A stretch of 64,000 nt of DNA from Flavobacteriia bacterium (GCA_013373425.1 JABXHW010000007.1:3429-67428), one strand, 5' to 3'; numbered from the stretch's first letter, positions 37,817 through 47,953 are shown. Notes: generated by a model not told the origin, from the sequence alone. A program made the numbers and translations.

Positions 37817-38198
37817 AGCGTCCGTCTATGGAGTACTTTCCAGGGCCAGAAAGGAACAGAACCACGTACATCAGGCCGTAAAGCATCGACTTTTCCATTC
37901 TGGAGAATTCATCCGCGATATGGATGTCGAAAAAGGCGAATCCCATGGTGATGAGTAGGGGCACTAAGGCAAGCCGTGTGAGCCAACCAATGGAGATTAA
38001 TGCGGAACACACAACTTCTGCAAACACTGCCAGAGCTAAAGAGGCAGTTGCTCCAACGCCAAAGGGATCTGGAAAGGAAATCTCTTCTCCGGAAAACAAT
38101 CGTTCCATCTTCGGAATTCCGTGCGCAATCAACATGGTGAGCCCAGCAGTTAAACGAAGAATGAGTAATCCGAGGTCGATATGATTTTTCTGGAACAT
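37797..38198 (-). CDS. DoxX family membrane protein
   Basis: LGLLILRL..GL.M..HG.PK and AEVVCS.LI.IG..TRLA motifs. Confidence 0.92.
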   Translation of the reverse strand: MFQKNHIDLGLLILRLTAGLTMLIAHGIPKMERLFSGEEISFPDPFGVGATASLALAVFAEVVCSALISIGWLTRLALVPLLITMGFAFFDIHIADEFSRMEKSMLYGLMYVVLFLSGPGKYSIDGRFRKSLA

Positions 38199-38890
38199 TA
38201 CTTTTCTCTTCTTTCGTCTTTCTCAATCATACCGTCGCGCAAACGAATGATTCGATGCGCATGTTGAGCGATATCTTCCTCATGAGTGACCAATACAATG
38301 GTATTCCCTTGCGCGTGAATTTCATCGAAAAGGCGCATGATTTCTACCGAAGTCTTCGAATCGAGGTTACCAGTTGGCTCATCTGCGAGAATGAGAGAGG
38401 GGTTATTGACCAAGGCACGAGCCACAGCTACACGCTGTCTTTGTCCACCCGAAAGCTGACTTGGCTGGTGATCCATCCGATCACCAAGTCCAACATGATT
38501 GAGTACCACGGAGGCTTTCTCGCGACGAGTAGTCTTGTTCACGCCGGCATAAACTAGAGGCAAAGCAGTGTTGTCCAGTGCAGTTTGACGCGGTAAGAGG
38601 TTAAAGGTTTGGAAGACAAATCCAATTTCCTTGTTTCGAATATCTGCAAGTTCATTGTCAGTAAGTGAGCTCACATCCTGACTGTTCAGGTGATATTTAC
38701 CTGCGGTGGGCGTATCCAAACATCCCAACAGATTCATCAAGGTAGATTTACCTGAACCTGAAGGTCCCATCAGAGCTACGTACTCATTCTGTTCAATGGT
38801 TAGATCGATGCCTTTTAGCACCTTCACCGTATGCGTTCCCATTTGGAAATCGCGACGAATACCTTCAAGTTGAATGATGGGCTTGGCCAT
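38198..38890 (-). CDS. ABC transporter ATP-binding protein (LolD/MacB-like)
   Basis: [35 protein letters not shown] and ADEPTGNLD motifs; no adjacent permease. Confidence 0.95.
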   Translation of the reverse strand: MAKPIIQLEGIRRDFQMGTHTVKVLKGIDLTIEQNEYVALMGPSGSGKSTLMNLLGCLDTPTAGKYHLNSQDVSSLTDNELADIRNKEIGFVFQTFNLLPRQTALDNTALPLVYAGVNKTTRREKASVVLNHVGLGDRMDHQPSQLSGGQRQRVAVARALVNNPSLILADEPTGNLDSKTSVEIMRLFDEIHAQGNTIVLVTHEEDIAQHAHRIIRLRDGMIEKDERREK

Positions 38891-38932
38891 GAGGAGTTTT
38901 AGTTTAGAAGAACAAGATACGATGTTGCGAGA

Positions 38933-39370
38933 CTACTCGTCCCATTCACAACCTGGAATCACTTTCGCTACAATCAATTTGGATTGAAAGGTCCAAGCCT
39001 TAAAGAGAATGCCCTCTTTGTCATACCATTCCCATTCGCCGTCTGGTGTATTTGGAGGACCGAGTTTCTCGGCAAATTCATCTCGAAGTTGCTCATCCTT
39101 AAACTGCATGATGACCTCATACAGTCTCGGGTTCATTCCGTCTTCAATGTCGAAATAATAGATAACTGAGCTGATATTTTCATGAGGATTCTCCTCCATA
39201 TAGAGGTGTCGGAAACCAGCATCGTAGACAAACTCAACATCGCTGCGCAATTGCATCAAATCGCCGGGACCCATTTCCCATTCCACCTTTTCGAGGGAAG
39301 AATGCAAGTGATTACCACCTGCGCAAGCGCCGAGGATGAACAGGGATAGGAGAGGTAGGATACGTTTCAT
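38933..39370 (-). CDS. Hypothetical lipoprotein
   Basis: MKRILPLLSLFILGA-C lipobox; acidic body. Confidence 0.7.
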   Translation of the reverse strand: MKRILPLLSLFILGACAGGNHLHSSLEKVEWEMGPGDLMQLRSDVEFVYDAGFRHLYMEENPHENISSVIYYFDIEDGMNPRLYEVIMQFKDEQLRDEFAEKLGPPNTPDGEWEWYDKEGILFKAWTFQSKLIVAKVIPGCEWDE

Positions 39371-39524
39371 AGTCGGTGGGTTCTCTTTGTAAGAGGAAAT
39401 TACATCAAAAAGGTGAGAGCACATTGCTTAGATCGAGTGAACCTGAAGTGTGGGCGTAAGTATAGACCCTAAAAACTGACAATGCCTGAAGTATTTACAG
39501 ACAAGTTTTTGAAGTAGGGCCACA

Positions 39525-39532
39525 TACATTTG
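39525..39532 (+). promoter_or_regulatory. -7 promoter element (TACATTTG) facing a region with no plus-strand gene
   Basis: Exact TAnnTTTG match. Confidence 0.5.
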
Positions 39533-39538
39533 TCGCAT

Positions 39539-39803
39539 ACCTAAAAGGGTAACGCGTTTCTTGCGTTCTACGCTTTAGAGGTTAGTAGTTAGTAGGTAGG
39601 AGGGAGAATGGAATGCAATGTTGATCCATTCTCCCAACTTACCACTCAGAAGATAAAGTGTGAATAGAACAAACTCTCGGTCGGGCTATAATTAGGTCTG
39701 TAGCTCGACATCAGGTTTAGTTGTCTGCCATCCCACAAGGCGACCGCAAAACCGACCTCTCCCAATTGCTTAGGTGGTCTCAGAGCAGGGGAGAGGTTTT
39801 TTA
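39539..39803 (+). ncRNA. Candidate small RNA (unassigned)
   Basis: Promoter-like element, three stem-loops and a terminal GC stem with a T tract; one stem needs G-U pairs that form only on the plus strand. Confidence 0.35.
39755..39802. terminator. Terminator-like hairpin at the 3' end of the ABC-F gene
   Basis: ACCTCTCCC...GGGAGAGGT followed by T5 on the plus strand. Confidence 0.65.
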
Positions 39804-41672
39804 TGCTATGTACTCACTGAGTTCCAGCCATCGCATCTCGGCTTCATCTAGTCTTTCTGAAACCTTGTTCATCTCAATCGACAGTTCAGCAATTTCTTCG
39901 GGTGAAACATCGGGCGATTCAAAGATTCCCGCAATCTCAGCTTTCCTGTTCTCAAGCTGTTCTATTTCCTCCGTCAGTGCCTCGAATTCTCGTTCTTCCT
40001 TGTAACTGAGCTTGGTCTTCTCGCGTTTCGGACGTGTATCCTTTTCCTTAGGCTCTGCGTAGAGCTTCTTCGCTTCCCGCTTTTTTTCTTGCTCGATTTT
40101 CAATTCAGCGCGGTACTCCAAGTAGTTGCCGTTGAAGTCTTTCACTTCTCCTTTTCCCTTGAAAATGAAGAGGTGATTGGTTAGCTTGTCGAGGAAGTAT
40201 CTGTCGTGACTGACGATAATCAAACATCCTTGAAACTCAAAGAGGAACTCCTCAAGGACATTCAAAGTGAGTATGTCCAAGTCGTTGGTAGGCTCATCCA
40301 GTATGAGGAAGTTCGGGTTAGCCATCAACAAGGTGAGAAGATAAAGTCGACGCTTTTCACCTCCGCTCAGCTTGCTCACATACGTGTACTGTTGATCGCC
40401 TTCGAAGAGAAATCGCTCCAAAAGCTGACTCGCCGTCATGGTCTTACCCTTCGCCAAAGGAATCACTTCAGCGATTTCTTTGATGACTTCAATAACACGC
40501 TTGTCATTGTTCAAGGTCATTCCATCCTGACGATAGAATCCAAAGCGAACGGTTTCACCGGTGATGATTTTACCACCATCAATCTCTTCTGCACCGGTGA
40601 TCATACGCAAGAAGGTAGATTTACCTACTCCGTTCTTGCCCACCAATCCGATGCGGTCACCTCTCTTAAAGGTGTAGCTAAACTTGTTGAGAATCGGTAG
40701 CTCTCCGTATGCTTTCTTTACATTGTGAAGCTCCAAGATTTTACTTCCCAAACGCTCCATCTTCACGTCGATTTCCACCTGCTTGTTCTGCACTTGCTTG
40801 TGGGCATCCGACTTCACTTTCTTGAAGGCGTCGATACGCGATTTACTCTTCCCCGTTCGGGCTTGAGGCGTACTTCTAATCCAGTCGAGTTCACGACGGT
40901 AGATGTTCTTGGCCTTTTCAATATTAGTGCGTTGAGTTTGAACACGCTCTTCCTTCTTTTCTAAATAGTAAGAGTAGTTCCCTTCGTATTTGTACAGCTC
41001 CCCCTCATCCAATTCGTATATCGTATCACATATCGCCTCTAGGAAATAGCGGTCGTGTGTTACCATCAACAAAGCAAAAGGGGCTTCTTTCAACCACTCT
41101 TCGAGCCATTCAATCATGTCGAGGTCGAGGTGGTTGGTGGGCTCATCAAGAATCAAGAAGTCGGGTTCAGTAAGCAGTAAGCCCGCCAAGGCCAAACGTT
41201 TTTTTTGTCCCCCGCTCAACAAATCAACCTTTGCGTGAATATCCTTCAAGTCGAGACGGTCGAGAATTGCGGTGAGCTTCGACTCAGTATCCCATGCATT
41301 TAAGCGCTCCATCTCTGCAAGGCTCGCCGTCATTTCCTCTCCTTTATCAGGGTGGAGAAGGGAATCTTTGTATCGAAGTACAGCTTTGAGAAGTGGATGG
41401 TCGAGCGTGAGCAACCACTCCATGACTTCAACTCCCTCAGGAAAGACTGGCTCCTGCTTCAGATAGCCAACCTTCAGATCTTTTCGAGTGACTACCCGCC
41501 CAGAATCGGGCATCTCTTCGCCCGATAGAATCCGAAGCAGTGAAGTTTTCCCCGTTCCATTTCTCGCAACGAGGGCAACCTTCTCTCTTTCTGATAGTCC
41601 AAAGGTGAGACCATCGAAAAGCGAGCGCTCTCCAAAGCTTTTTGCGAGTTGTTCAACGGATAGAATATTCAT
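39801..41672 (-). CDS. ABC-F family ATP-binding protein (Uup-like)
   Basis: Two NBDs (ARNGTGKT/LSGGQKKR/DEPTNHLD and GKNGVGKST/LSGGEKRR/DEPTNDLD), no TM, C-terminal coiled coil. Confidence 0.95.
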   Translation of the reverse strand: MNILSVEQLAKSFGERSLFDGLTFGLSEREKVALVARNGTGKTSLLRILSGEEMPDSGRVVTRKDLKVGYLKQEPVFPEGVEVMEWLLTLDHPLLKAVLRYKDSLLHPDKGEEMTASLAEMERLNAWDTESKLTAILDRLDLKDIHAKVDLLSGGQKKRLALAGLLLTEPDFLILDEPTNHLDLDMIEWLEEWLKEAPFALLMVTHDRYFLEAICDTIYELDEGELYKYEGNYSYYLEKKEERVQTQRTNIEKAKNIYRRELDWIRSTPQARTGKSKSRIDAFKKVKSDAHKQVQNKQVEIDVKMERLGSKILELHNVKKAYGELPILNKFSYTFKRGDRIGLVGKNGVGKSTFLRMITGAEEIDGGKIITGETVRFGFYRQDGMTLNNDKRVIEVIKEIAEVIPLAKGKTMTASQLLERFLFEGDQQYTYVSKLSGGEKRRLYLLTLLMANPNFLILDEPTNDLDILTLNVLEEFLFEFQGCLIIVSHDRYFLDKLTNHLFIFKGKGEVKDFNGNYLEYRAELKIEQEKKREAKKLYAEPKEKDTRPKREKTKLSYKEEREFEALTEEIEQLENRKAEIAGIFESPDVSPEEIAELSIEMNKVSERLDEAEMRWLELSEYIA

Positions 41673-41708
41673 GCGGCGAAGATACTGCAAGAACGGGGCA
41701 CAACCTCC

Positions 41709-42779
41709 TTAAAAGGGACTCTGAAAATCTGGGTTGTTTACAAAAGTGGTGTCGGTAAGCGTTCGGAGAAAGGCAATCAAATCCGATTTCTGTTGCTGAC
41801 TGAGATTCAAGCCAAGACGAATCCCGTGCATGTTCGGATCTAGATTTGGACTGTTATTCTCCACTTCTGAATCATAGAAGTCGATTACTTCAAAAAGTGT
41901 ATTGAAGCGCCCATCATGCATATATGGACCACTCAATTCGATGTTTCTCAGGCTTGGAACTTTGAACTTGCCCTTGTCTTCCTCATTCCCTGAAACGAGA
42001 AACAAACCGAGGTCGGATAAAGCAGAATCAAGGCCGTTATTCATGAATTTGTTGTTGGAAAATACCGACTGGCCATGGCAGTGAAAACAATCGGCCGCGG
42101 GACCACTTGATCCATTCTCAATATCTCCATTGAAAATCTCCATTCCCCTTTGTTCCGACGCTGTAAGTTGGGCAGTTCCTAGCATGAATCTGTCGAACTT
42201 CGAGTCGCCAGAGATGAAGGTCAGCATGAACTGCTCTAGGGCCAGGCCAATTCTATCTTCTGTGATACCTGTGGTTCCGAATGCTTTGCGAAATTCTTCG
42301 GGATAGAATGAGCTTCCTTCCAACTTCTGAATGACATTGGAAAGTTGATCATCCATTTCTAAAGGATCCTCAATAGGCATCAATGCTTGATGATGCAAGG
42401 TTTGTGCCCGCCCATCCCAGAAGAAAGAAGTGCTGTACATCAAATTCATGATTGGCATGCTGTTTCTTGTACCATTTTGCCCACGAATCCCTGTGCTCGT
42501 GGCAAGGCCGTTGTCGGTGAACGCGAATTGTGGAGCATGGCAAGAGCCGCAGCTTTGTGTTGAATCAGCGGACAGAATCGGGTCCCAAAACAACTTCCGA
42601 CCTAATGCCACGCCCTCGACAGTGAGTGGGTTGTCACTCGGAAAAGCCACTTGTGGCAATGAAGGCGGAATGGTGAGTCCAAGTGGGGTAGGAACGTAGT
42701 CTGAACGCGTATTATCTATTTCAGGCTGACAAGCCCAGACCAGTCCGATAAAAGCGAAAAGGATGAACGCGCGTTTCAT
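41709..42779 (-). CDS. mbnH: Di-heme cytochrome c peroxidase family lipoprotein (MbnH/MauG-like)
   Basis: CGSCH and CFHCH heme motifs, FFWDGRA, FKVPSLRNI and PYMHDGRF; lipobox VWA-C. Confidence 0.85.
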   Translation of the reverse strand: MKRAFILFAFIGLVWACQPEIDNTRSDYVPTPLGLTIPPSLPQVAFPSDNPLTVEGVALGRKLFWDPILSADSTQSCGSCHAPQFAFTDNGLATSTGIRGQNGTRNSMPIMNLMYSTSFFWDGRAQTLHHQALMPIEDPLEMDDQLSNVIQKLEGSSFYPEEFRKAFGTTGITEDRIGLALEQFMLTFISGDSKFDRFMLGTAQLTASEQRGMEIFNGDIENGSSGPAADCFHCHGQSVFSNNKFMNNGLDSALSDLGLFLVSGNEEDKGKFKVPSLRNIELSGPYMHDGRFNTLFEVIDFYDSEVENNSPNLDPNMHGIRLGLNLSQQQKSDLIAFLRTLTDTTFVNNPDFQSPF

Positions 42780-43540
42780 TCAGGGCGAATCGAGTTAAAG
42801 CTGAAGCTCGCTGCGATATTCTCAGAAACCAATTCTGATAAGCCGCCGTCTGTATCTCCGCTATGCGAAAACCCTCCATCTCTTTCAGGCTTGTATTCAT
42901 TCGGTGAAGAGAACAACCCATCCACGGCATAATCAATTTGAACAATTGAGTTCTCTTCTACTTTGAACGAATTATTGAGATAGATGGCTCTGCGGTTCTT
43001 TTCAAAAGCCACGTGAACTAGAATGAGATCTTCGTTTCCACTAGAGTTGATAAATCGACCTTCCAAAGCGGTGAAGACGTATCCATCCGCCCATCCCCAA
43101 TGTAGCCCGTTCACCACCGGATTTAGTGGATGTCCAGCTGCCCATTGATTGGGATTTGATTTATTGATTCTATCCTCGAGTCCTAGGTCGAAGCCGATGC
43201 CGATAAAGTCGCCGGTCAGAATTTCTCCAAACTCCCAACGGCCCATGCCATTTTCACCTTTCACAAATGCATAAGCATTCTTGGAAATCGCACGAACAGT
43301 GTCACCATTCGCCTTAATTAGAAAGGGATTTGATAGCAAGTAGTCCAATCGGGAAAGTTTGATGGAATCCCCAGCATCGCTGATGTACCATTGCTGCATC
43401 CCAAACATCTGCCCATCGAATTCATGATGGAACTCAAGTGTGAGCTGAGCAGGAGACGGATTATCAACCGGAGGATCTGGGTCCTCCCGTGTGCAACTCA
43501 ACAATGCGAATACCGCCAGAATGTAGATAGGAAATTTCAT
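42776..43540 (-). CDS. mbnP: MbnP family copper-binding lipoprotein
   Basis: LNP..NGLHWGWADGYVF (WxW motif), lipobox LLS-C, overlaps the MbnH-like gene. Confidence 0.82.
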   Translation of the reverse strand: MKFPIYILAVFALLSCTREDPDPPVDNPSPAQLTLEFHHEFDGQMFGMQQWYISDAGDSIKLSRLDYLLSNPFLIKANGDTVRAISKNAYAFVKGENGMGRWEFGEILTGDFIGIGFDLGLEDRINKSNPNQWAAGHPLNPVVNGLHWGWADGYVFTALEGRFINSSGNEDLILVHVAFEKNRRAIYLNNSFKVEENSIVQIDYAVDGLFSSPNEYKPERDGGFSHSGDTDGGLSELVSENIAASFSFNSIRPE

Positions 43541-43663
43541 AGCGCTCAAATGTGTTTCGAATTTACGAAACAGAGTTCATGCACTGATTGCTAGACTATT
43601 TAACGCGATAAACTTACCCCTTTTTCGTGTGTTTAATTTCTAGCGAAGCAGGATATTTGCACC

Positions 43664-44338
43664 ATGGGAAATACAATGTTGAAAAAGGCTGAGATTATCA
43701 AAATTGGAGCACTCCTAACCGTATTCATTGCCGGAGTGGTTGTAGCCTATCAAATTCAGAAACCAGAGCCTACCTTACCCATTTTGAATCCGGCAGACTT
43801 GAACCCTGCAATTGTAGCCGACAGCTTGGAAGGTGTTGGAGCGAATCATACGATAACTGATTTCAACTTGGTGGATCATCATGGAGTGGAGAGAAGCAAG
43901 TCGGATGTAGAAGGAAAGGTATTGGTAGTTGATTTCTTCTTCACAACCTGCCCGAGTATTTGCAAGGATATGACCAGCAACTTGAGAAAGGTTCAAGAGG
44001 CCTTTGCTGAACGAGAGGATGTCCAAATTCTTTCCCATACCGTTCAACCTACTTACGATACAGTACCTCTTCTCAATGAGTATGCGGAAGTGAACGGAGT
44101 GAACTACGACCAATGGTGGTTGCTAACAGGCGACCCCTATGAAATCAATCGATTGGCATTTACCTCCTATTTCGCGGTGATGGAAGAAGGTGAAGGCTGG
44201 GATGAGCACAGCTTTATCCACACTGAGAACATTATTCTAGTGGATCAAAGAGGTCGACTTCGAGGATTCTACGACGGGACAGATGCTATTGCTATGCAGC
44301 AGCTCATTGAGGATATTCCGCTGCTTTTGAAGGATTGA
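43664..44338 (+). CDS. SCO family copper chaperone
   Basis: DFFFTTCPSIC (CxxxC), HTE His ligand, LVDQRGRLRGFYDG. Confidence 0.93.
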   Translation: MGNTMLKKAEIIKIGALLTVFIAGVVVAYQIQKPEPTLPILNPADLNPAIVADSLEGVGANHTITDFNLVDHHGVERSKSDVEGKVLVVDFFFTTCPSICKDMTSNLRKVQEAFAEREDVQILSHTVQPTYDTVPLLNEYAEVNGVNYDQWWLLTGDPYEINRLAFTSYFAVMEEGEGWDEHSFIHTENIILVDQRGRLRGFYDGTDAIAMQQLIEDIPLLLKD

Positions 44339-44349
44339 GAGTGTTTTAG

Positions 44350-44381
44350 AAAAAAAGAAAGCCGCACAACGAATGTGCGGC
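44350..44381 (-). terminator. Rho-independent terminator
   Basis: GCCGCACA-N5-TGTGCGGC with a long A run on the plus strand (U tract on minus). Confidence 0.7.
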
Positions 44382-44482
44382 CACCTTCAAAATAATCAAC
44401 AAAAACTAAAACACAAAAATGAAAAAACTACAAAAGCTCTTCCAAGACGAATATAATTCCTTCTCGTGAGAAGTCCAAGCGC

Positions 44483-45553
44483 TTAGTGTAAATTCGACTC
44501 AATGTGTTTCATATGGTTCACAAAGTCTTCAATACTTAACGGTGAATCAATTTGCGGTAACTCGGCCGCGCTAATGTTCGATTTGAACTCTAATTGACCT
44601 TCCGCGTCATAGTAGCGAACATGCCCCAACAGTCTGCCATGCATTGGTGTGGTGAAGTATGCAGACCATTGCGCGCTGAACTCTTCAGAGTCCTGTCGTT
44701 GTTCGATAATTTCAAAGATCTGAACATCAAAATTCCTTCCTGAAACGGTCATTAATGGAATTGCATTTCTCTGCATGTAAAATGCATTTAGTGTCCCGCT
44801 CTCTGCCTGTGTCCGCAGGGCTTCGAGCTGGCGTTCAACTTCATCCCATTCTCCGAGTTCGCTGTGTATCTGAATGGATTGTAGTCGGTATTTTGCGACC
44901 TCCGGTTTCAGCTCGACGAGTTCATCGGCAAGATTGGCCGCAGCTAGCGTGTCACCCGCAAACTCCCAGTACAATGTCACCAGCTGCTGGCGAGCCATCT
45001 CACGTATTTCAGGTTTTTCAAAAACGTTGAGATTCCGCTCCCAACAGTGAATGGCGCTATCGACATAACCTTCCTGTGTAGGTAACATGCAAGTCTTTAC
45101 TAGAGCAACTCCTTTATCGTCAAAATGATCTACAGTAATCTGATAGACATGCACGGCTGAATCCAATCGCCTCATCATTTCATAGGCGTCGGCTTCAGCG
45201 AGGTAGGCTAAGAGCATGTCCGGATTCGATTTACGTGCTTCACGGAACCACTTTGCGGCATTTTCAAACTTACCAACGCCGTAATAGCTTCGGCCTAGTT
45301 CAAACTTGGTGGTGGCTGTAGCTCTAACTGTACGCACTACTTGTCGAAGAACGGACGTGCTGAGCGAATCCCTGCGCAAAGCATGAGCAGCTCGGGCAAA
45401 CATATGCACGTCTTCGATAGGTGCATCGGCAATGGTATCAATGCTTCTTAAAATCGTTGTAAAATCTCTTTGCTCGTACAATTCCTGGATGGATTGCGCA
45501 GAGGAGAAAGTGCTCCAGAATAGGGCAATTAAGAGGACCAACGGTTTCATCAT
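44483..45553 (-). CDS. Exported TPR-repeat protein
   Basis: Signal peptide, helical TPR-like repeats (FELGRSYYG.GKFENA..WF), TATCTTTG promoter element upstream. Confidence 0.75.
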   Translation of the reverse strand: MMKPLVLLIALFWSTFSSAQSIQELYEQRDFTTILRSIDTIADAPIEDVHMFARAAHALRRDSLSTSVLRQVVRTVRATATTKFELGRSYYGVGKFENAAKWFREARKSNPDMLLAYLAEADAYEMMRRLDSAVHVYQITVDHFDDKGVALVKTCMLPTQEGYVDSAIHCWERNLNVFEKPEIREMARQQLVTLYWEFAGDTLAAANLADELVELKPEVAKYRLQSIQIHSELGEWDEVERQLEALRTQAESGTLNAFYMQRNAIPLMTVSGRNFDVQIFEIIEQRQDSEEFSAQWSAYFTTPMHGRLLGHVRYYDAEGQLEFKSNISAAELPQIDSPLSIEDFVNHMKHIESNLH

Positions 45554-45600
45554 AAGGCAAAGATAGCGCGCAAACTGTATCTCATTCGTACATTAGAATT

Positions 45601-46377
45601 ATGAACGAGATAAAAGTCGCATTGTTACAATGTCCGCTCCATTGGGAGGACCCCGAAGCGAATCGTGAAGCTTTTGAGATCCGGTTGAATTCAATGGAGA
45701 AAGTCGACGTTGCATTCCTCCCTGAAATGTTCTCTACAGGTTTCTCTATGGACCCATCTTCTTTAGCTGAAACTATGACTGGACCTACCTTGGAGTGGAT
45801 GAGAGACATGAGTTCAAAGCTGGATTGCGTGTTATCGGGAAGTGTGATTATTAAGGAGGATGGAAACTACTTCAATCGCCTGCTCTGGGTTGAGCCAGAA
45901 GGGGAGGTGAGGTATTACGACAAGCGACATCGATTTAGCTATGCAGGAGAGCACGAGGAGTATACAGCAGGAGTAGATCGACCTACTTGGGAGTGGAAGG
46001 GGTGGAGAATCCGACCTCAAGTTTGCTATGATCTTCGCTTCCCTGTTTGGAGTAGAAATGATGATGATTACGACTTGCTCTTCTACGTGGCTAATTGGCC
46101 GGAACGTAGAAGTTTCCCATGGAAGTCGTTACTCACAGCCAGAGCCATTGAGAATATGTGCTACGTTGTGGGGCTCAACAGAGTAGGCGATGACGGGAAT
46201 GGAATTGCGCACTCGGGTGATTCACGCGTCCTCGATTCTTTGGGCGAATCGGTGGCAGAAGCTCAGCCAGGTAAAGAAGAGATAATTTATGCAATCCTTA
46301 CTAAGGGTCACTTGAGCTCAACGCGGGAACGCTTTCAGTTCTTGGCAGACCGAGATAGCTTCGAGATCAAGGAATAA
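45601..46377 (+). CDS. Nitrilase-family amidohydrolase (omega-amidase YafV-like)
   Basis: LPEMF, YDKRHRF and VCYDLRFPVW (E-K-C triad) motifs. Confidence 0.93.
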   Translation: MNEIKVALLQCPLHWEDPEANREAFEIRLNSMEKVDVAFLPEMFSTGFSMDPSSLAETMTGPTLEWMRDMSSKLDCVLSGSVIIKEDGNYFNRLLWVEPEGEVRYYDKRHRFSYAGEHEEYTAGVDRPTWEWKGWRIRPQVCYDLRFPVWSRNDDDYDLLFYVANWPERRSFPWKSLLTARAIENMCYVVGLNRVGDDGNGIAHSGDSRVLDSLGESVAEAQPGKEEIIYAILTKGHLSSTRERFQFLADRDSFEIKE

Positions 46378-47953
46378 TCCAAGTTTCATCGATTTCCCAA
46401 TTGGCTCTGAGCTCAATCGTTTTATCTAGATAGATCACTCGTTCGGGCTGAGTTCGATTAAAGTAGCCACCGGTGTCCCACTTGCCGTTCCCGTTTCGGT
46501 CGTATATCACACGAACATGGTACTTCTGAGGCTCAATATCAAACAAATCGATATTGATCTGCTGGGTAAACCCTGAACGGTAAGCTACATTTCCTTTATC
46601 GTTGTAAATCTCAACCACGCGCGTCGTCAAAGAATCGCTCTTCACGACTAAGTGGAATATGGAAAGCTCATTGTCAGCAAGAAATCTCAAACCTTGCGAA
46701 GTACTGTCGTTCCATCGTCCGTGTAAATCTTTTACCGCGCCTGAGTCGAGCACCCAGCGAAGTCGGTCGTTGTACTGCGCATCTACGGAAAGTCGAATCC
46801 TACGCGGACCAGATTGCGTAACGGTAAATGGAATTGGGACAGAGTCATTACGATAGACGAACACGCGACTTTCATCGAGTTCTGTTATTGGTGTACTAGC
46901 TATAGAAATAATGGAATCTGCAGGGGAAAAAGCTGAAGTCTTTTCTAAATTCAGCTTGAACTTCACTGTATCCTTTTCGATGAATCGGATAGTCATTGTG
47001 TCAAGCGATGAAGTAGCCTCGTCATAAACCGACCAGCTGGCTTGTTCTCCGTCTTTCCACTGATTCGTGTAGAAGAAAATCGTGTCGCCGTTTTCGGGAT
47101 ATTCAACAAAATGTTGAGCATTGGAAGTGTCGAGACGAGTGAATTCTACTCCTTGAGCGGGCGAACTGAAATACGCTTCAATTTTTCCAAAGCTCAGGAG
47201 TTTGCCTCGGTAAAAGCGATAGGCGGCCGGAAGTTTGAAGAGTTCAAAGTCCACTTCGGGATCGCGTTCAGAAGTGATGATTTCATCTACGAAAGCCATT
47301 CTTTCACTAGGTCCAGACCACAGATAGTTGAAATCATTGTCTTGAATGGCGAAGATTTTATAGTTCCCTGGAGCAACGTTTTCAATGGTGTAGCTACCGG
47401 TAGCGTTTGTGAGACCGTAGTACAAAGGAACTTCTTTCATGAAGACCGAATCCTCAGAATCGGGTTCGTACATGGCTACCATGATTCCCTTTTGGGCTTC
47501 ATTGGTAAATGCATCTGTCACTCTTCCTCGAACGATTTGCGAGTCGAGCACAGCCCCAGTTGAAAAGACGTATTTGAATTCAGTTTGGGCGTTGTTCTCC
47601 GTGATGTCTTTGATCGCATTTCCGAAGGAGAACGTGTACGTGGTGTTTGGGCGAAGGGTGTCCTGGAACTCGATTCGCAAGGTTTTGCCTCTCAAGCTGT
47701 GTTCAACCTTGTATTTCAATGGTGGAGATGAAATGAATTGAGATGTGAATCCGTCCACTTTCACGTATTCATCGAAGGTGATAGCCACCGACTGCCCCTC
47801 GAAATTCGTAGTACGATTAGGTGGTTCAACGCGCACCGCTTCTGGAGGCGTCGTGTCTTTTGCACCGCCATCTGGGCTGCTCTGAACGGCACAGGCCGTC
47901 ATGATGATACTCCAGGTTAGGAGAATGATGTATTTCAAACCTCTTTTCAACAT
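46367..47953 (-). CDS. Ig-like (Big_5) domain lipoprotein
   Basis: Lipobox MTA-C, P.GG.KD.TPP, FDEYV, NTTY...F..AIKDITE.N and D.NGNGKWDTG motifs. Confidence 0.85.
   Translation of the reverse strand: MLKRGLKYIILLTWSIIMTACAVQSSPDGGAKDTTPPEAVRVEPPNRTTNFEGQSVAITFDEYVKVDGFTSQFISSPPLKYKVEHSLRGKTLRIEFQDTLRPNTTYTFSFGNAIKDITENNAQTEFKYVFSTGAVLDSQIVRGRVTDAFTNEAQKGIMVAMYEPDSEDSVFMKEVPLYYGLTNATGSYTIENVAPGNYKIFAIQDNDFNYLWSGPSERMAFVDEIITSERDPEVDFELFKLPAAYRFYRGKLLSFGKIEAYFSSPAQGVEFTRLDTSNAQHFVEYPENGDTIFFYTNQWKDGEQASWSVYDEATSSLDTMTIRFIEKDTVKFKLNLEKTSAFSPADSIISIASTPITELDESRVFVYRNDSVPIPFTVTQSGPRRIRLSVDAQYNDRLRWVLDSGAVKDLHGRWNDSTSQGLRFLADNELSIFHLVVKSDSLTTRVVEIYNDKGNVAYRSGFTQQINIDLFDIEPQKYHVRVIYDRNGNGKWDTGGYFNRTQPERVIYLDKTIELRANWEIDETWIIP

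Noticed and set aside
38905-38935. Shared 11-mer GATGTTGCGAG with 27395-27405 and nearby GATACG
   Set aside because: Too short to exceed chance on its own; may be a decayed 7-mer array but cannot be supported.
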